DNA from: Coniocarpon cinnabarinum
Lineage: Eukaryota
NCBI GenBank assembly: GCA_051942205.1
Contig: JAVECO010000142.1
Span: 1-61,997 of the forward strand
DNA length: 61,997 bases
Direction of reading: 5' to 3'
The translations under genes and the position numbers were made by a program. Below, piece by piece: positions 50,595 through 61,997 of this stretch (positions are counted from its first letter, which is position 1; the number at the start of each line of letters is the position of its first letter). The notes beneath the pieces are model-generated. The model did not search any database. It was not told the DNA's origin and worked only from the letters and a program-made list of their open reading frames with translations.

Positions 50595-53500
50595 TCACAC
50601 TGGCGCGAATTTCTCCTCATCTAATCTCGTCCCCTCTTTCCAGCTTTCGTTGATCCAGTGAGTCGTCACAATCCTTGGAAGCGCGCCTTGCTTCTTCTCT
50701 CCTGCCAGCACCGACCGCCACTCCTTTGTTCTTGGTGGTTGCGTTCGCTCCGAAAGAACAACATGCGTGACGCCGTCTTCACGCCAATCATCTGCGACTT
50801 TGCCACCTGCAAAGCGCAGAGTATTTCGAGCAATTTCAAGATCGACGCTCAGCGGTCCACTGCCAGGACCTGCATCAATGTCCATGGCATCAGCGTCAAG
50901 TCGACCCCCTTGATCAAAATACGCCCGACAGTCTTTGAACATCCACCCTTTCAAATCCCGCCAGTCGACGCCCCGTCCTTCCAGCTCCCGCACAAACTCC
51001 TCCGCCGCTTCCCCTTCATCCACGCCCTCACCTTTCGGCACACCCTCCAACAGCGTCCGCATCTCTTCCGTATCCACAACATTCCGACACCAGCTATCCC
51101 CAAAAGCATCAACCGCACTCCCAACCATCTGCCCATCCCGCTCCGCCACATATTTCACCTGTCCCGGCTCATACGGCAGTAAAAACCGCGGCGCATCGTT
51201 CTCAGGATAGTGCAGCGCATCGTACCGAGCCTGCTCGACGCACTCGAAGAGCCAACGCGGGCGGATAACGCTATGCACGCCTTTGCCTTTCGCCTTAAGG
51301 GTATGCAATTTCACAACGTCCTTGTCGCTCACAGGGATCGTTGCGTTTTCCTCTTCTATTTCAGGACGCGGCATGCGCTGTGTGATCTTCCCTCCATGCG
51401 CCTTCACGAACGCCTCAACGTCTGCTTTGGGCCGTTTAAAGCGGCGGGGCTCGATGCAGTCGCTTAGGATGAGAAATGCGAAACCCGCGAAGAGGTTGCG
51501 CGTGGGATCGTTCTCATCTGATGACAGTGCTGCGATTTTCGCAGCCATGTCACCTTCGCCTATCGCGCCCGCGATTCTCGTCCCCTTCCGATCCGGCAAC
51601 CGCTTCCGCTTCTTCCGCGACTGCTCGATTTCAAACGCCTTGCTCTCGTGCTCTTCGGAGACTTTATCCTTGAGCGCCGCAAAGCCCTGCACGCTCAGCG
51701 CCGAATCCCACGAGCGATCCAATCTCAGTGCCTTGAACCGGGGGAAGCGCAACGTCAAATTCGTGCGGAACTGCGGCGTCCGATGCACGCTCGCTGCCTT
51801 GACTGCAATGACGACTGAGTCCCGCGCCGGAATCCAGACGTCGGGCGCTTCGAATTGCTTCGCCCCGCCGCCGAGCTCTAGATACTCCGTTGGCGGATTA
51901 GCTTTGTCGTATTTCCGCCATTTACCATCAAGCTGTTGGTGAATCTGATCGTAGTCTGTTTTCGCGAAGCCGCCGCCGACCTTGAAAAAGGACCAGCATT
52001 TGTCTTTGCGGGCACCCGTTGCGACTTGCGTGTCTTCGACAAGGAGGCCGCACATAAATGAGGAGAGGGTCCCGCCTCTTCGACCGGAGCCGTAGTAGCC
52101 GCCGACGATAACGCAGTCGAGGGCTTCGCCGTATTCGGACATGTATTCAGGTTTCACCTTGACCCAGTCGTCGTTCCGCGAGTTGAGGCGGTATGCAGAG
52201 CGGGGATTCTTGAGGACGACGCCTTCTGAGGATTCGGCTACGATTTCGCGGAGGGCGGGTTCGATGGCGGAGACGGAGGTGGCCGGGGTGTACGTGTGGA
52301 TCTCGAGGCGTCTGGACACGGGTGTGATGGATTGTTCCAGTGCGCGTCGGCGGTCGCGGAGGGTGTAGTTGGTCAGGACTTTGTCGTTGAGGAAGAGGAT
52401 GTCGAAGACTTTGAGGACGGGTCGTTCGTCGGGGTCTGCCTCGGATTTGGCGGCTAGTGCTGCTGTCTTGAGAGTGCCGAAGGGCATGACACGGTCAAGG
52501 ACGGTGTTGTAGGTGATCATCTCGCCGTCGAGGATGATGTTGCGGACGCCGTGATGGAACGCGGCGCCGAGATGTTTGGTAAGTGCGCTGTTGTCGTCTT
52601 TTAGACAGGAGCCGTAGAGGTAGGTATAGTCTTTAGCTTTGCGGGACCAGAAGGAGAAGCGCACACCGCCGGGTGCGTTCGAGTCTTGACACATATGCAG
52701 TTGCATGCGCTCGCCGTCGAGCTTTTCTTCGATCCAGAATTCTTTGTCGTCGTCTGTGGGTCGAAGCCGCTGAACCATTTTTTCAAATGTGTGAGATTGG
52801 AATTGCGCGAGTTGCGGTTGAAAACATTGCATGAGGTTGACGTCTGTCTCTTCTGCTTCGAGACGAATGTTAGGATCATGCAACTCCCAGCACACTCGGC
52901 GCAGGTTGGACGAAACATTAAACAAGAGATCCGCGTTGGGATGGTAAATATCAAAGATCGTTTTCTCTGTTGCGCCAACTTTCGTTTGCCGTAGGATGAT
53001 ACGTACAAGCCACATGAGCTCTTCGGCAGACATATGGTGATAGAACGTCTCAAAGATGGGCAGCTGTGCATCTTCCTTCTGAGCCAAGGACAGCTTGTCC
53101 AACAGCCTATTGACTTCGTCAATGTCCATATCACCAGGCTTGTGTCGTAGTTGCCGCTTCGCAAGCACCTGCTGACACCGAGCAGCGAAGTCACCGGAGG
53201 TGGTGACACCCGTGTTAGTCTGACCAGGGAGTTTCCAATTCAACAGGTTAAGAGCATCAGGCGAGTTCTTGTCTATCTTGACGATGCGCACAAGAAGCTT
53301 AGCGATGGCTCGTTCCTTGAGCCCATACATCGCTCGTTCGCGATCTTTGTCCGGTAGAATCAGTCGAAAGAAGGGAAAGACATCTGGACCGACGTCCTTG
53401 CGCCAGCGAATGATGAAACGCTCGATAATGAGACGCCTCTGCTCGTGTGGAGTCGGCTCGTGGCCATGGAGCCGTCTTCGCCATGGTTGGGGAGGTCCAG

Positions 53501-53663
53501 ACGCTTTGCGCTTGTTCTCGTCGAGCGGCTTTAACAGTTCAAAGACGAGGTCACGAAATGGCAATGGAGAGGCGTGATTGTAGGGTCGGTTGGGGTATTT
53601 GGCATTGAGCTCCTCGTCTGTGAGTCCGCCTGTTGCGGCACGAGAGGTCGCTGCTTCGGCCAT
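50595..53663 (-). CDS. LIG4: DNA ligase IV (NHEJ)
   Basis: EEKLDGER adenylation motif, ILDGEM, EGVVLK, WVKVKPEY, TLRFPRF and two C-terminal BRCT domains. Confidence 0.97.
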   Translation of the reverse strand: MAEAATSRAATGGLTDEELNAKYPNRPYNHASPLPFRDLVFELLKPLDENKRKASGPPQPWRRRLHGHEPTPHEQRRLIIERFIIRWRKDVGPDVFPFFRLILPDKDRERAMYGLKERAIAKLLVRIVKIDKNSPDALNLLNWKLPGQTNTGVTTSGDFAARCQQVLAKRQLRHKPGDMDIDEVNRLLDKLSLAQKEDAQLPIFETFYHHMSAEELMWLVRIILRQTKVGATEKTIFDIYHPNADLLFNVSSNLRRVCWELHDPNIRLEAEETDVNLMQCFQPQLAQFQSHTFEKMVQRLRPTDDDKEFWIEEKLDGERMQLHMCQDSNAPGGVRFSFWSRKAKDYTYLYGSCLKDDNSALTKHLGAAFHHGVRNIILDGEMITYNTVLDRVMPFGTLKTAALAAKSEADPDERPVLKVFDILFLNDKVLTNYTLRDRRRALEQSITPVSRRLEIHTYTPATSVSAIEPALREIVAESSEGVVLKNPRSAYRLNSRNDDWVKVKPEYMSEYGEALDCVIVGGYYGSGRRGGTLSSFMCGLLVEDTQVATGARKDKCWSFFKVGGGFAKTDYDQIHQQLDGKWRKYDKANPPTEYLELGGGAKQFEAPDVWIPARDSVVIAVKAASVHRTPQFRTNLTLRFPRFKALRLDRSWDSALSVQGFAALKDKVSEEHESKAFEIEQSRKKRKRLPDRKGTRIAGAIGEGDMAAKIAALSSDENDPTRNLFAGFAFLILSDCIEPRRFKRPKADVEAFVKAHGGKITQRMPRPEIEEENATIPVSDKDVVKLHTLKAKGKGVHSVIRPRWLFECVEQARYDALHYPENDAPRFLLPYEPGQVKYVAERDGQMVGSAVDAFGDSWCRNVVDTEEMRTLLEGVPKGEGVDEGEAAEEFVRELEGRGVDWRDLKGWMFKDCRAYFDQGGRLDADAMDIDAGPGSGPLSVDLEIARNTLRFAGGKVADDWREDGVTHVVLSERTQPPRTKEWRSVLAGEKKQGALPRIVTTHWINESWKEGTRLDEEKFAPV

Positions 53664-53954
53664 GCTAAGATGTTCAAAGATTGCACTTTCTCAAGCTGGC
53701 ATATGCTTTCCGAGCCTTTTTCGAGGCGTAGATCATAGTCTGGGAATTTGGGGAGCTGCTGTGGCCGCCTTACGGGGGAAATTCGTACTGGATCTTTCGA
53801 TGCCCACTTTTGTGACGGAGTCAAGTTTTCTCAACTCTGCGGAGGGAAGCAACCTTGCTTCCAAGCAACTTGTGACCCCTACCTCAGGCAGAAGCATGTG
53901 GCGGCCTTGCAGTGAGGTGAAGCTTCGGGTAAGGATAGCCCGAATATCGTAATC

Positions 53955-53991
53955 TCGCGTCCGCGTCACGCATCGACGCGCTGTCACGTGA
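53955..53991. promoter_or_regulatory. CGCG cluster plus GTCACGTGA in the divergent LIG4/EH-protein promoter
   Basis: TCGCGT 53955-53960, CCGCGT 53961-53966, ACGCGC 53976-53981, GTCACGTGA 53983-53991. Confidence 0.5.
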
Positions 53992-54172
53992 TTTTTCCTG
54001 CTCAGCCTCTTGTCAGTCAATACCTCAGCCTATGGACCCGTTGAATGGACATAGAGGATCCATAGGCTATGCATGCGCGAGCTGATCGTCACTGGAAAGC
54101 ATTGACGGGCAGCTCCCAAAGCTCGACTGAATTTTATTCGCTTTTCAATCCCGTTGCAAATGCTCACCTTCT

Positions 54173-56266
54173 ATGAGCACCGTCGACAGCCTGCGAGCCC
54201 GGTTCGCAAGAGAGGAAAATGACCGCCACACTGCTAACCAAACAGCGCTCAAGGGCGCCATTTTCGCGTTCCCAAAGTCCAATGCCTCCACGCCGCTGGC
54301 GTCGCCCATCGCCGGTCATCAGCCTGGTTCCGGGGCTTCCGCAGCCGCGACTAAGACATGGGCCAACATGAAAGGCAGCCAGCCCAGACCACCAACTAAG
54401 CCTCTCAATCTCACCACCGCATCCACTGGCGCCGTCAAAGCACATCAGAAGAGCCAAGAAAGTCTGTTAATCCACCAAGACAGAGAATATGGGTCGCGTG
54501 CGAGCTCACCGTCTCATACCGCGGCCAACATTGCTGCTGCGAATTATAAAGAGCGACATCCACCGACGCCCAGTGTGAGAGCTGTGAAACAGCTTCCTCT
54601 GCCCATGGCAATTTCCAATATGCATGAGGAGGATAACAAGGCTGATGCAGACAAGTTGCCGGAGCAAGGTACAGTTAAGAACGTAAAGAAATGGCTACAG
54701 GCTTTAGAGGGGCCTGACAGCCAGTCTCAGCACTCCGAAACGACTTCGCTTAGGCACGTCTCGGAAACGTCTACACAGCCGAGGATCAGTCGAAAGAGCT
54801 CACTTCCTCCCTCTAATGCATCTCCGACGCCTCGACAGATTGAGCCAAGTAGAGTGATTTCACCGCCTGTGATCCTTTCGCCTCGACCAGTCCGGGCCAT
54901 CTCCACCGCAGGCTCGATTGATGCCATTACACCTCGCGATGCAGCGTCCGAGAACTCAAACCATGATCGACCGCCTATTCCTAGGAAAGCACAACGCTTG
55001 CGTTCAGCAAGTAGTACGAAGGACACTCCGGACAAGCGTCCGCAAGCCCCGCTGACACAGAAACCAACTCTTACCTCAATAGTGTCCGATCAACACGGTG
55101 TGGGAGACGTGGATCCAGAAACTATCTCAAGCAAGCCTTCAGCTCCGCCGCCACGCCGAACTCGGCCTCCAACAACCATTGATTCTGATTCTTCCATGCC
55201 CTCAACTACACCTGCACGCCAGCCTGCAAATGTCATCCCAGTGAAAAAGTCTGTCGCTCCCGCAGCCAGACAGCCTTCTCGAGAAACGTTGTCATCTTTA
55301 CCTCCCAAACGCGTGAGAGCAACCTCTCCCACCACCGACAGGCCTAGGTTCCCTCCCCGAACTCAAACGGATGAAACGATACGTCAAGCAACGCCACCGC
55401 CCGCCATGCCACCCCGACCCTCAGTCGACTCCTCAATCACATCCTTTCCACCACGCCACTCGCAAAGCCCCGCCCCCTCTGCAGCCTCAACAATGCACCG
55501 CTCCTCCCTCGATTTACCAAGTCGTCCCCTCCCCTTCCGGCGCGTCTCCCCCTCAATCTCGACCTCCAACCTCGCCAACGCGATCGTCGCCTCATCTCTT
55601 GCCTCATCTCGCGCCCCATCCCCCGCCAAATCTCCCTCATCACCTGCGCCTACTCTCCCGCCTCGATCCTCTAAATTCAGTCTTCCCTTTTCTCGTGCCT
55701 CGAATTTGAGCGACACACGCATCCCAAGTCCCTCCAAGACAATTAAACACACAGCTACAAACCCTGGAATGCGTAAGACAATGCGCGAGATTTCGTCCTC
55801 GTCCTCAGATGAAGCACCCATCAAATCCCGAGGCGCGAAGAAATACCTCCACAAGCACCCGCACAAACACCACGAAGGGACGCGCAAGCGCTGGCAGAAT
55901 TTCCTGTCAGACGCTGAGAAGAAAAGATACGAAGGTGTCTGGGCTGCTAATCGTGGATTGTTGCTCTCTGCGAAACCTGAATTCAAAGATTGCGTGCATG
56001 GATATGTGGTTCGAGATTTGTGGGCGCGGAGTAGATTACCGTGTCATGTGCTTGAAGAAGTTTGGGAGTTGGTGAGGGATGGTGATGGGGCAGGAGGAGA
56101 GGGAAGGGAAAAAGAAGGTTGTTACCTCACGAGATTTGAGTTTGTGGTGGGCATGTGGCTCATTGACCAGAAGTTACGGGGATGGAAATTGCCAGTGCGC
56201 GTGGGTCAGAGTGTTTGGGAGAGTGCACGCGGCGTTGGAGGTGTAAGGGTGCCTGTGTATCGATGA
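54173..56266 (+). CDS. Pro/Ser-rich protein with a C-terminal EH domain (Irs4/Tax4-like)
   Basis: KHPHKHHEGTRKRW..EKKRYEGVWAANRG..VVRDLWARSRLP..LEEVWELV..LTRFEFVVGMWLIDQKLRGWKLP. Confidence 0.85.
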   Translation: MSTVDSLRARFAREENDRHTANQTALKGAIFAFPKSNASTPLASPIAGHQPGSGASAAATKTWANMKGSQPRPPTKPLNLTTASTGAVKAHQKSQESLLIHQDREYGSRASSPSHTAANIAAANYKERHPPTPSVRAVKQLPLPMAISNMHEEDNKADADKLPEQGTVKNVKKWLQALEGPDSQSQHSETTSLRHVSETSTQPRISRKSSLPPSNASPTPRQIEPSRVISPPVILSPRPVRAISTAGSIDAITPRDAASENSNHDRPPIPRKAQRLRSASSTKDTPDKRPQAPLTQKPTLTSIVSDQHGVGDVDPETISSKPSAPPPRRTRPPTTIDSDSSMPSTTPARQPANVIPVKKSVAPAARQPSRETLSSLPPKRVRATSPTTDRPRFPPRTQTDETIRQATPPPAMPPRPSVDSSITSFPPRHSQSPAPSAASTMHRSSLDLPSRPLPFRRVSPSISTSNLANAIVASSLASSRAPSPAKSPSSPAPTLPPRSSKFSLPFSRASNLSDTRIPSPSKTIKHTATNPGMRKTMREISSSSSDEAPIKSRGAKKYLHKHPHKHHEGTRKRWQNFLSDAEKKRYEGVWAANRGLLLSAKPEFKDCVHGYVVRDLWARSRLPCHVLEEVWELVRDGDGAGGEGREKEGCYLTRFEFVVGMWLIDQKLRGWKLPVRVGQSVWESARGVGGVRVPVYR

Positions 56267-56566
56267 ACTTACGCAGGTGTCTGCATAGCGCTGGCGTTTG
56301 GATACTTGGAATTTCAATCAAGCATTGCGTCGTATCACAGGACGAGCAACTCGAGAAGAGACGAGTATTGTCTCCAAGGGGTTTCACGTTCAAATCGTAA
56401 ACGTCTATGGACAGAGCACCTCGCTCATCAAAGAGCCACCAAACGCCCTTCGCTACCCAAACAGCAGATGGTGAACAAATACAACCAAGAAAGGCGAGAG
56501 TCATGAGCAAGCCATGTCTCCATCCGGCCACTCCACTGTCAACTACACTGAGAGTCGCGCAAAGCA

Positions 56567-59048
56567 TCAATAGACGCTCTCGCTTTCATCAGTCCATCCA
56601 TCACTCCCCCCACTCACCAGCCGTCCCTCCTTCTCCTCCATAACAGTCGCATCACCCATTCTCACCTTCTTGCTCGCATACGCCTGCGCCGCGCTGAGTC
56701 CACCGCGTCCATACGCCGTCTCCATCCCCACAGCATGCAATCGCTTGTTATTTGCGGCCCAATGCGGTTTCTGAGGTCCAGGCGTGGCGTCGTCGTCTTC
56801 AGCATCAGACTCACCGAATGTCTCCCAATTCTCTGAGCAGCTTGTGGCGCCCGTGTTCGTTGTCGCGATTGAGCCGGCAACTGACGAATTGGCGGAAAGC
56901 TGACGGGACATGGATGTGCTGGCGAGGGAGTCCGTGTCGGTGTTGGCGCGGGAGTATGCTGGACGGGGCGGAGGTGGCGGCATGGCGCGGTAGTCGTCGA
57001 GGTTTGAGGTTTGGTGCATGTAGGGGTGACTTGTTTGAGGACGGGTTTGCTGGCTGCGTGACATGAAGGAGCTGTGGAGATTGTCGTTGTACGGATCTTC
57101 TGGTATTGTACTTCGAATCACACTGCCTGAACGTACGCTGTCTGCTTCTGACGGAGAGTAGATACTGGGTGTGCTAACACTGGGAGGCTGATCGTGGAGA
57201 CTTGCGAGATCCCGCATCTTCGGTGGGGGCGCCATGAGGTTTGGATTCGGCTTTGAACCAGGGCGGATGGTTCTGGAGAAGTTCTCTTGGTCATGAGTCC
57301 GTCCACGTGCATTTTGAGGGTGTCGCTCAGGTGAGTTGCTACCGTGAGGCATGTTGCCTAGCGGTGCGCGTCCAGGTATTCGTGTTGGGCTCTTTTGTTG
57401 GTCCTTGGCTGGCGGACGTGAAGCAGTAAAGGCGTTTCCGGCATTACGACTCATTGTGCCATGACCCTCGACGGGTGTTTTCGAGCGAATGAGCGATGTA
57501 TCCCTGCTCATTGTCCCAGCTCGCGATGCTTGAGGTGCCGATTTAATCGTCTTCGGAGGAGGGCCCATAACGCTGGGGGTCTTCGAGCGCGAGGGTGCAG
57601 CCTTTGCTCGACTGGCACTGCTCTCTTCGATAACATCCAGGTAGCGCTCGCCAAACACCAGGAATGGCCGTCCAAATTCATCCTCCCACTGCTCGAGCGC
57701 CTTTGAGACCTCAGCTTCGACCTTGGGCAAGTCACGCGCAATACGTTTGCGCATCTTCTCTTCTCGTAACAGGCGCGTCGGGTCGCGTTTTTCCCCCTTC
57801 TTGGCGATCAGACGAGAGGCATCCTGGCTGGTATTGGCAAGCTCGTCTCGATCATGCACCAGGCTTCGATGCTTGCTGATCATATTCAGCATCGGAGCAC
57901 GCTGTTCCTTCAATGTCTCGAGCCGAGATATTTCTGACTCGTGCGCCGAGAGCAGGGCGTCACTGTAAACGTCGCAAAACATAGGTGTGAACTCGACGGC
58001 TTCTTCTTCAGAGAAGAACAATTCCTCCCAAAGTGCATTGATACGCGTTCGCGCGTCTTCGACAAACAGATGAAGGTTTTGACGTTTGAGCTCATTCAGC
58101 CGTGAGAGTTCATCTTCGAGGTCATTGATAACGCGCAGTCCGCAGCCACGTCGACTTGCAAGGAATGATTTTCTCTCAGACTCGTCAATTCCTAGTCGAT
58201 CCCAGAGACCCTCTACCGCAGTTCGCAAGTCCTTAACTTTGCGTTCGCGACTACGCTTCTCCTCTTGTAATCGTTCCCGTCGGGCGCGCAGTTTGTAGAC
58301 GTCATCCTGGTGCAGGCCCAGTTGCTCTGGAGATTCCTGCCAGCATTGCACGATATGAGAATCCGTCTGCGCCTGTGGTGTGCCAAGCTCGGCCCAGAGG
58401 TTGATGATCTCGTGAGCATATTGCTGGACCGTTGCTACACGCTTTGTATACTCCTCGTACACACGCGTGAACTCAGAATCAACAGAGTTAATGTAGGAAG
58501 GCGAAAGATCGAACGTTGGAGGTGGTGCATTTCCACCGGCGGGGATCTTTGGCAGTTTGATTTGGAGGAAGCTTGGCTCGAGATGTGAAGAGTAGGATTC
58601 AAGAGCCTCGATGAGCTTCCTGACTTGGTCGAAACGCTCCAGATGCAGCTTTGTGACGATTCGATGCTTCTCGCGTAGGCTTTGCAAGCTCTCTGTCAAT
58701 GGGTAGGTGACTTCCAGTTCTTCGTCGTGTGGAGCGTATGACATGCGCGTCTTGGGATCATCGAGAGACTTTTCGATCTGTTTGATCGTCTCAATGATTT
58801 GTTGACCCTCGTCAATCAGATTGTTCTTTTCACTATTATTTGTTTAGTGGTGTAGACAACAAGCTAACACGCCATGTTGCGCACCTTGAAACCTGTCTCA
58901 AGTGATTGTAAAGAGTCTCGGACAAGGACGAGAATAGCTCGGATTCGCGGGCCTCGCGCTCATGATGTGGCACTCCAATCTCGTCAAAAATCGTGTGCAG
59001 TTGCCCGATGATAGAAGTGACTTGTTGTGCGAGTTGACTGGTGTCCAT
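56567..59048 (-). CDS. ASE1: Anaphase spindle midzone protein Ase1/PRC1/MAP65; intron 58833-58884
   Basis: MDTSQLAQQV..LHTIFDEIGVP, LWAELGTP, ELSRLNELKRQNLHLFVEDAR, RDPTRLLREEKMRKRIARDLPK. Confidence 0.95.
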
Positions 59049-59858
59049 GCTGTTCAATGGCCGGCTGGCCAATCCCGCGCAACGCTCATGCACAGGTCAG
59101 ACAGAGACGAGGAATGCACACGAACACTAAGTCGGCTGGCCTCGCGCAGAACCTCAGCAATCAATCGAACTTGCAACAGGATGAATAACAGAAGCAGCGA
59201 CAGATGATGCTGCGTCAGAGCATTGGGTAATCCCAGGGTCTTGACGCGGCTTTGTCACTAATGGGGTCCATTTGAGTTTGTTTATAGATGATGTTGCTAG
59301 GCAACCACTTCTTTTTTTGGGCTTCCTCCTGCCTTTTCTTCATCCAATCTGGACGCCTGCTTCATCTCTATAAATTCCCGGGTGCCCGTCCAGTTTCACG
59401 CACAATGCGCGTCCTAGTGACGGGAAGGAACCTGCGCGCTGCATTTTTGTGACATGCTTTCCCCCAAGATTATCAGTTGTCCGCATTGGAATGTAGCACT
59501 ATGTGGCTTCTTCAAAATCCCAAATTATGTATATTGCTACTTGCGACCACCTGTCGGTACCCTCTCCGTACAGCGTTATTGCGCAGCTAGAGGCGGCTGC
59601 GCAAGGTGAAGACGCTATGAAGTGAGCGAGGCTATGCAAACTGTCACGTGGCTATACGAGCTTCCAGTAATCTCCAGCGACTCAATGGTCAAGGTGTAGG
59701 TCATTTCAAATCAATCACCCTGTCCTGATGCTACATTGCGTGCTTTTTTGGTTAAGGCTTCCTGCGTGATCACGACTTCTCCGCTGGTCATCCTCAAAAT
59801 GACCATCGACCTCGCAGCTTCCTAGATACTGGACCCTAACGATACTCGACGGGTAGCT

Positions 59859-61277
59859 ATGCAGCTCCAAGACGTTAGACAGCGCACCCAAGAGGCTCTG
59901 CAAGGCATCTATAGTACTTTCGAATCCCTACGCTTCTTAGGTGATGATGATGGCGAGTACCGAGACTGGGACCAGAACAACAAATTGCCGCCGTGGGACC
60001 GCGAAGATCCACTGCCTATCCCACCACGCAGACGACGCGGAGTATCAGTGACATCAGTTACCAGTAGTGCGAGTCCTCATCCACGGCAGCAGTGCGTGAA
60101 GCCATGCTTGCTGCTCGAGCGCTTGCCATTCGAAATTCGAAGACAGATATTTGCTTATGTCGCAGGCAACGATGCAGTCTTGGTGCTGCCTCGTCGTAAG
60201 AAGTATGGTCATCTCTCACTGATGCAAGATCATGCCATGATCCATTACACGTCCGTCGGGCGCCTACTGGCCACGACATCCACTTCATTCGGTTTCGACC
60301 ACACCAAAGCAATAATGATAGACTTTGAGTGTCCAGTCTCTGATCGCATCTTGTATCGATCACGACTAGGCTCCAATGAATATAGCGAGGACACAATGGA
60401 TAAAGATGCCTTGGCTTTGGCGTTGCGTAACGTGAAGCTCTGGAAAGGCGGCAGGGAAAGCATTGAAGACGCTAACGATGCCGTGCACCTCTTCATTGGC
60501 TCGACGAGGACTTTTCGGCTGCCCCAGTAAGTGCTTTAAATGTGCTTTCAAAGAATTAGATCCATGGGTGGACACAGTCGAGTTAGCTGACAAATATTGC
60601 AAGTCAGGCTCCGCGACGCATGCCGCGTGATGAAACAGCACCACCCACAGAATCCGTCGCGAAGAATTGTTTTGTGGATTTCGGTGGCTCAAGGCTTGCA
60701 CTGTTACGTACATGCCGACAGATCTACAACGAGGCCATTTCACTGCTCTACACCAGCAATACATTTGTGTTCTCTTCGCAGGATGTATTCAGGCATCTTC
60801 CTCGTTGCTTTGCTTTGCCGCAGCGCTTGGCACAAATCGCACATCTGGTTCTGTCCGTCAAGACTTGCACAGGCAACGGGAGACTCGCAGCATTGACTTC
60901 AGACCGCGAAGACTTCTGGCTCATCAAGGAACAAACATTTCGTATTCTCAAAGATTGCTTGGTCGGACTAGAAACGCTGAATCTAACAGTCCTGCTGCTG
61001 ATCGGTTGGAAAGCAGATGCAGACGATTTGAGATTTGGACCACTTAGGCCATCGGCGCTACAAATGAAAGCGTTGGCCAAAGAAGTCACCTTGTGTCTCA
61101 ATTGCGAAACTCTTGATGGATGGAATGTGCAACAGGAGCAGATGCAACAATGGTGAGATTGCACTACTGCGAATCTTCGCTTACCTAAAACATAACGCAC
61201 TGACAGCAGATACTAGGGCAGAAAGCGTAATGACCGGACACTCCTTCCCAAGCAATTCCAGATCTGGTGATGAATAG
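59859..61277 (+). CDS. F-box-like / DUF7730-type hypothetical protein; introns 60527-60603 and about 61153-61217
   Basis: LLERLPFEIRRQIFAYV and LALLRTCRQIYNEAISLLYTSNTFVF motifs. The first intron (GTAAGT...GCTGAC...AAG) joins the ORFs in frame; the last exon is tentative. Confidence 0.7.
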
Positions 61278-61850
61278 GTCGAGAATGACATGTCTGATCA
61301 GCTAGGTCTCCAAGTCCTATCTGCGTCCAAGGCAGTCGCCGGACTGCAAATGGTGATGTGAAGCACGAAGCACGTAGTCTTGTCCGCAACAGCTTGGAAC
61401 AAAAGTACTTGCCGCACCACTCAGTCGGGCGCGGAAGGCCTTGGATCATACGCAAAGCTTGTATCCCGAGATCTTCTCATCGCAGAAGCTAGTTAGCTAT
61501 ACTGGAACCTGGCAACAATACTTGGCCGTAGCCCTTGCCGCACAAAGGAATGAACACACCTACGACCTTTCTCTATCCAACAAGTCCGTTTTCGCACAAT
61601 TTGGAAATGTCATTCCCAGACTTCGTGGCTCCATTTGTATGTCCTCCCTCTGCGGTGTCTGCTAAATGTATAGTATTGCACCTACAGTCCTTCAACCTGG
61701 CCAGAAAGTTGCGATGCCGCCACTCGAAAAAGACGCTAGGTACCAATCTATAGAGGCGGCAACTTCAGAAACCAATTCCGCCCCCACCCCCTCCCGCGCA
61801 ATCGATGTCAATGGCTCTCGCGCATTTCATGTGAACCTCTCGTGCATATC

Positions 61851-61997
61851 ATGGATCAGAACCCCACCGAGCTCCTTCAAGAGCTCGCAGATAGATCAAT
61901 AACCACCTTCGACCCCAAAGTCAAATCCGCCTTCCTCTCTCTTCCCCCCGAACTCCGCACACCCATCTACACCCACCTCCTCACCCTCCCCACCCCA
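61851..61997 (+). CDS. 5' part of a second F-box-like protein, truncated by the window end
   Basis: ATG 61851 opens MDQNPTELLQELADRSITTFDPKVKSAFLSLPPELRTPIYTHLL, which carries the FLSLPPELRxxIY motif. Confidence 0.65.
   Translation, partial: MDQNPTELLQELADRSITTFDPKVKSAFLSLPPELRTPIYTHLLTLPTP

Overview
Gene-dense eukaryotic DNA from a filamentous ascomycete (Pezizomycotina-type: 50-140 nt GT-AG introns with CTRAC branch sites). I find about 26 intact or probable protein-coding genes, most of them housekeeping: laccase, rhomboid, GST, DHHC palmitoyltransferase, TRS31, OAC1, LAS1, POL3, a DHX57-like helicase, aprataxin, TRAP-alpha, POT1, importin-alpha, kinesin-3, TPI1, glyoxalase II, DPB11/Cut5, a heme oxygenase-like protein, LIG4, an IRS4/TAX4-like EH protein, ASE1 and two F-box-like genes. 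An accessory island at about 38.2-44.4 kb holds two decayed pseudogenes (SDR and UbiA-type prenyltransferase) and a HeLo-like/ankyrin protein with no NOD domain. The best leads are: a small spliced gene that combines a signal-peptide-like N-terminus with a C-terminal CaaX box absent from the unspliced ORF track (pheromone/lipopeptide candidate); a concentration of genome-maintenance genes with MCB-type CGCG elements and a recurring intergenic GTCACGTG; two mutually similar introns with GTCTGT donors in the glyoxalase II gene; and the TPI1-glyoxalase II adjacency. No rRNA, tRNA, CRISPR or intact transposon was recognised. All family calls come from manual motif recognition, not database searches.
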